DNA of 10,810 nucleotides from a virus (Duplodnaviria; Heunggongvirae; Uroviricota; Caudoviricetes): IMG/VR virus record IMGVR_UViG_2531839446_000011, positions 1 to 10,810 of that record; one strand, 5' to 3'. Shown piece by piece: positions 6,710 to 10,810 of this stretch (position 1 is its first letter; each line of letters starts with the position of its first letter). The notes under the pieces were generated by a model. It saw only the letters and a program-made list of their open reading frames with translations, ran no database searches and was not told where the DNA came from. The position numbers and the translations under genes were made by a program.

Positions 6710-8021
6710 TCATTCTCCACTACTGCCTGTATCACTGCCCACTTCATCCAGTCCCTTAACATCCTGCCATGGCCCGTCACCAAACCTGACCTGCAAATGC
6801 TGAAACAGCCCCTGAACCTGTGTGGCATCTTTGGGGTCAAGAAAGGTCAGTCCGGTGATGAGTGCGCCATCTGTATCCGGGAACCAGCCATTGCTGTTTG
6901 TCTCAATAATGCTCGCCGGCCCCAGACGAAAACGGATTTGTGTCTCCCCCGGGTCGCCCTTTGGTCCCTGAGGTCCGGTTGCCCCCACCGGGCCAGCCGC
7001 ACCTGTTTCTCCTTTCGGTCCCTGTGGGCCTGCCGGACCTGCCGCACCGGTATCTCCCTTTGGACCCTGTGGACCTGCATTTCCCGTCAGACCGGTCTCT
7101 CCCCGCTCTCCCCTGGCGCCTTTCGGCCCCTGCGGGCCTGCCGGACCAGCATCACCTGCCGGTCCCCGCTCACCGGTTGCCCCGACAGGACCGGTGTCGC
7201 CACGCTCTCCTTTATCTCCCTTCGGCCCCTGAGGACCCGCGGGCCCCGGTTCTCCCTTTGGCCCGGGAGGTCCCACCACGGTGGGGATTCGGTTTACGGC
7301 GTCTTCCGCCGCTATCCTGCTTTGTTCCGCTGACTGTGCGCTTTCTGCTGACTCCCGGGCTTTTTCTGCTGCGGTCGTTGCATCCCTGGATGCATTACCG
7401 GCTGCACTTTCTGCCGTCTTTCTTGACAATTCAGCTTCTGCTGCACTTTGTGATGACTCACTGGCTTTTTGAGCGGCCGCAGAAGCCGAGGACGAGGACG
7501 CATCCTCTGACTGCTTTGCTGAGGCTGCACTTTCTGCCGCCTGCCGGGCTGACTCCGATGCCTCCCCTGCTGAAGTGTCAGCATTTGCAGCGCTCTCTTC
7601 TGCCTGACTGGCTGATATACCCGCATTCCTCGCTGACGTCTCCGCCTCTCCGGCATTCTTCTTCGCCTCCTCAGCGTGACGCGCCACCTCTCCACCATCT
7701 GTCAAACGGCGCAGTCGCCCCCGGCCGGGCATCCTCCTCCGTCATGGCACCGAGAAAATCATTCAGCGTACCCGGCTGAGAATCTTCATACACGGTGATG
7801 GTCCCGGCATGTGACGGCGGGAACCCTTCCACCAACAGAATAACGCTGTACTGACCGTACTCAACGTCCATGCTGTAACGCCCGGCTTCATCCGGATTTT
7901 CTGAGGCCAGCGTGTTCACCACCACCGTGGTGCTGTTACGTTTTGCTTTCAGCTGGATTGTGCAGTTCTGTACCGGTTTTCCTGTGCCGTCTTTCAGTAC
8001 ACCTGAAATCTTTACTGCCAT
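6710..8021 (-). pseudogene. stf: side tail fibre protein Stf (collagen-like), interrupted by a +1 frameshift at a C5/G5 run (7717-7721); encoded as ORF pieces 7671..8021 and 6710..7732
   Basis: The 7671..8021 ORF is near-identical to the lambda Stf N-terminus (MAVKISGVLKDGTGKPVQNCTIQLKA ... FPPSHAGTITVYEDSQPGTLNDF). After DARP the frame runs out; the 6710..7732 ORF continues in another frame with GRLRRL ... EVAR, matching lambda DARPEVLRRLELMVEEVAR. Removing one G from the run restores a continuous ~436-aa protein. Confidence 0.75.
6947..7273 (-). repeat. collagen-like Gly-X-Y triplet repeat region (about 36 triplets) within stf
   Basis: Protein residues 154-262 of the 340-aa [40 protein letters not shown] ... 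[11 protein letters not shown]. The GC-rich repetitive DNA also generates long spurious antisense ORFs. Confidence 0.85.
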
Positions 8022-8032
8022 ATTCCCCCCAC

Positions 8033-8056
8033 AAAAAAGACCGCCTGAACCGGCGG
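8033..8056 (-). terminator. candidate weak intrinsic terminator between lom and stf
   Basis: On the - strand RNA: CCGCC stem, GGUUCA loop, GGCGG, then UCUUUUUU. Only a 5-bp all-GC stem. Confidence 0.3.
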
Positions 8057-8085
8057 GCTGTCATAACACTGTGTTACCTGGCTAA

Positions 8086-8685
8086 TCAGAATTTATAACC
8101 GACACCCACGATGAAACCGTCAGTGCGCCAGTCGCCACTGCCGGAGCCTTCATAAGCAATATCAATGGCCACGGATTCGGTCGGGTTAAACTGCACGCCA
8201 GCTCCCCACGCCAGAGAGGTGTCGCTGTGGCGACCGTCATCACTTCCGGTCAGCACATCGTGCGTTTTCCCCTTGTTGTCAGTTACGCGAAGATAATCCC
8301 CGGAGAAAGTCGACACACGGCTGTAAGCCACACCCGCCATCGCATACGCGCTGAACCATTCATTCACGCGCACAGACGGCCCCGCCATTACGCTGAACCA
8401 GCGGTTACGCACGGAATCTTCATGCCAGCGGGTATCGCTGTAACGGGTAAGCTGGCGATTCTTGTCTCCTGCATAGCTGAATGACGTCACCAGCCCCAGC
8501 GTGTCCGTAAATTCATAACGGTATTTCACGTTAATCCCGTTAAGATTATCGCTACCGGGAGCGTTCGTCCGGGCATGAAGATACCCCGCGCTCAGTGTGG
8601 ACTGATGTTCAGACGCCCATGCAGGCGCACCGGATACGGCCAGACAAATGGCTGCGGACAAAATTGCTGCACAAACTTTACGCAT
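8086..8685 (-). CDS. lom: Lom-like outer membrane protein (Ail/Lom/PagC beta-barrel family)
   Basis: 199-aa ORF with a signal-peptide-like N-terminus ([24 protein letters not shown]). C-terminus [28 protein letters not shown] is essentially identical to lambda Lom. Positioned between J and stf as in lambda. Confidence 0.9.
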
Positions 8686-8754
8686 AATTACCTCTCGCTT
8701 TTCTGCAATAAAAAAGGCACCATTCCTGACGCCATTATAGGGGTTATAAAAATT

Positions 8755-10810
8755 TCAACGAATACTGATGCCGGAAGCCGCTTTTTTGGTCACAATCACC
8801 GTACAGTCGGTGATATTACCTGCCCACTGATTGCCTTTATGGAAAACCTTAAACTCCAGAGTGACGCTACCACCACCACTAGGCATATCAATAACCGCAC
8901 TGTAACTACCGGGAATGGCCCCTTTAGTTTCTCTGGATGCGATTAATACACCGTTTTTGCGAACTTCAAAACCATAACCCGTGTATCTTGTACCTCCCGG
9001 GTTATTACCACTTCCCGGATAGCTATACGCTATTCCGTTAAAGATAATGGGCGGAATAATGATTTGACGGTCAAAGTTATGATCATCGCTGATGGTGACT
9101 GTAACCGTCCCGTTTGGTGTTTCCGTGTTACCCCACGTACCAGCCTGTTTCGGAAATGATTTGGATACAGCTTTAACGAAGTCACCTCTGACCTGAGTCG
9201 CCTCCAGCATGCCCTTAATCGTACAGTTTTCATTTACCGTGACATTGTTGAGCGTCCCGGCGTTCGCATTCACTCTGCCACTGATATCCGCATTTTTAGC
9301 GGTCAGCTTTCCGTCTGATGTCAGGGAAAATGCCGGTGGATTTCCACCACTGGTAATGGTCGGGGCCGTCAGGCGCTTCAGGAACACGTCGTTCATAAAT
9401 ATCTGATTGCCCTGCGCCACAAACATCGGCGTTTCATTCCCGTTTGCCGGGTCAATAAATGCGATACGGTTAGCGGCAACCAGAAACTGACTCAGTTTGC
9501 CTTCCTCCGTGTCCTCCATGCTGAGGCCAATACCCGCGACATAATGTTTGCCGTCTTTGGTCTGCTCAATTTTGACAGCCCACATGGCATTCCACTTATC
9601 GTTGGCGTCCTTCCACTCTTTCGAAAACTCCTCCAGTCTGCTGGCGTTATCCTCCGTCAGCTCGACTTTTTCCAGCAGTTCCTTGCCGAGATGGGATTCG
9701 GTTATCTGGCCTTTGAAAAATCCAGGTAACCTTCCGCATCATCGCTCGCCCGACCGACGGCCTCCACGAATGCCGATTTGCCAACGGTGTTCACACTGCG
9801 AACATAAAAGTAATAATCATGGCCCGGTTTGATATTGATACTGGCGGCTATCCAGTACAGCCCCGTGCCAAGGTAGCGGGCTGTGGTTTCAACCTGCCTG
9901 ATATCGGTAATCCGCGTTTCCGAGAACCAGAACTCAAACTGTACCGTCGGATCATAAACCGCAAGATGCGGCGTGGCAGTTATCTGAAAATAGCCCGGCG
10001 TCAGCTCAATCTGTGACGGCGCTGCCGGTGCGGCAATCCGGAACGATACCGACGCCGGATCGCCCTGCTGTCCCCGGGCATTTACCGCCCGGACTGTCAG
10101 CCTGTAACGCCCCAACGCCAGCTGCCTGAAGCGGTATGTGGTTTCCGTCGTCCGGGCCGTGCTGACCAGCCGCTCACTGCCGTCATCCGCTGCCACAGTC
10201 AGGCGAAGCATAAAGCTCACACCCTTCACCACCTTCGGCGTGTCCCAGCGCGCCAGCACCTGATATTCCCCGCTGTCTGCAGTGACTTCTGCGATCAGGT
10301 GCTGCACCGCTGGCGGCGTGACACCATTCACCGTGCCGCTCTGGTCGCCGTCAAAGTGCGCCCCGTTATCCACGATGGCCTCTTTCTCCGGCACATGCTG
10401 CACAGCGGTGATGGCATACGTGCCGTCGTCATTCTCACGGATACTCACGCAGCGGAACAGGCGCTGGCGCAGCGTCGGCAGCTTCAGCCCCCATACGCTG
10501 TATTCAGCAACACCGTCAGGAACACGGCTCACTTTTACCTCACGCCGTCGGTGACGGACTGAACCTCCACGCTGACCGGATTGCCACTTCCGTCAACCAG
10601 GCTTATCAGCGTGGTACCGGAGGATGGCAGCGTGACTTCACGGTCGAGCGTCAGCGTCCGGGTCTGGCTGTTCACCGCCAGCACACGACCACCGGTGCTG
10701 ATACCGGCATAGTCATCATCACAGATTTCAATGACATCGCCCGGCACATGGCGAAGCCCTTCTGCGCCCACGCAGAAGTCCACGGTCTGCGTTTCCAGCA
10801 GTTCTGTTTT
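8755..10810 (-). pseudogene. J: tail tip / host specificity protein J, 3' portion (5' end beyond window), split into three frames by two 1-nt deletions
   Basis: Three consecutive - strand ORFs (10535..10783+, 9702..10532, 8755..9585) each match contiguous lambda J segments. Break 1 at about 10533-10540: [11 protein letters not shown], stop, then [14 protein letters not shown], against lambda ...[14 protein letters not shown]. Break 2 at the A5 run 9716-9720: ...GYLDFSKAR stop, while the next frame reads [18 protein letters not shown] ... MWAVKIEQ, against lambda [22 protein letters not shown]. Confidence 0.75.

Noticed and set aside
6389-7779. Long + strand ORFs (6389..7333, 6940..7779, 7281..7472) and the - strand ORF 7312..7698 overlapping stf
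   Set aside because: They lie antisense or out of frame across the GC-rich collagen-repeat and Ala/Ser-rich region of stf, which suppresses stop codons. They have Pro/Arg-rich low-complexity translations and no start context, while the stf frame has clear lambda Stf homology.
9700-10545. J and stf frame breaks as programmed ribosomal frameshifts
   Set aside because: Programmed -1 frameshifting in lambdoid tails is known for the G/GT chaperone, not for J or stf. Intact homologues are single ORFs, so these are mutations or sequencing errors.

Overview
This window reads as a lambdoid (pro)phage junction from an E. coli-like attaching/effacing enterobacterium. The left part (+ strand, 215-4030) is a recombination module: a large RecE-like protein with a C-terminal DEDDh 3'-5' exonuclease domain, a small Xis-like protein, and a lambda-family tyrosine integrase. 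The integrase ends in an attP-like site whose core is the 3'-terminal 62 nt of a tRNA-Ser(CGA) (4039-4100, - strand), flanked on both sides by copies of an (A)ATATTCCAAG arm-type repeat and an IHF-consensus match. The right part (- strand, 6439-10810) is a lambda-like tail end: J (partial), lom, a collagen-like side tail fibre Stf, and a small ORF paralogous to the Stf tip domain. Between the tail genes and the att core lies AT-rich cargo encoding the type III secretion effectors NleH and NleF. The tail genes are broken by three single-nucleotide frameshifts (two in J, one in stf), while the recombination and effector genes are intact. I did not find a convincing previously undescribed defence or other system; the most unusual items are the attP-like architecture with phage DNA on both sides of the core, the paralogous fibre-tip ORF, and a perfect 13-bp inverted repeat in front of nleF. 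All homology statements are from reading the translated ORFs against remembered lambda and effector sequences, not from a database search.
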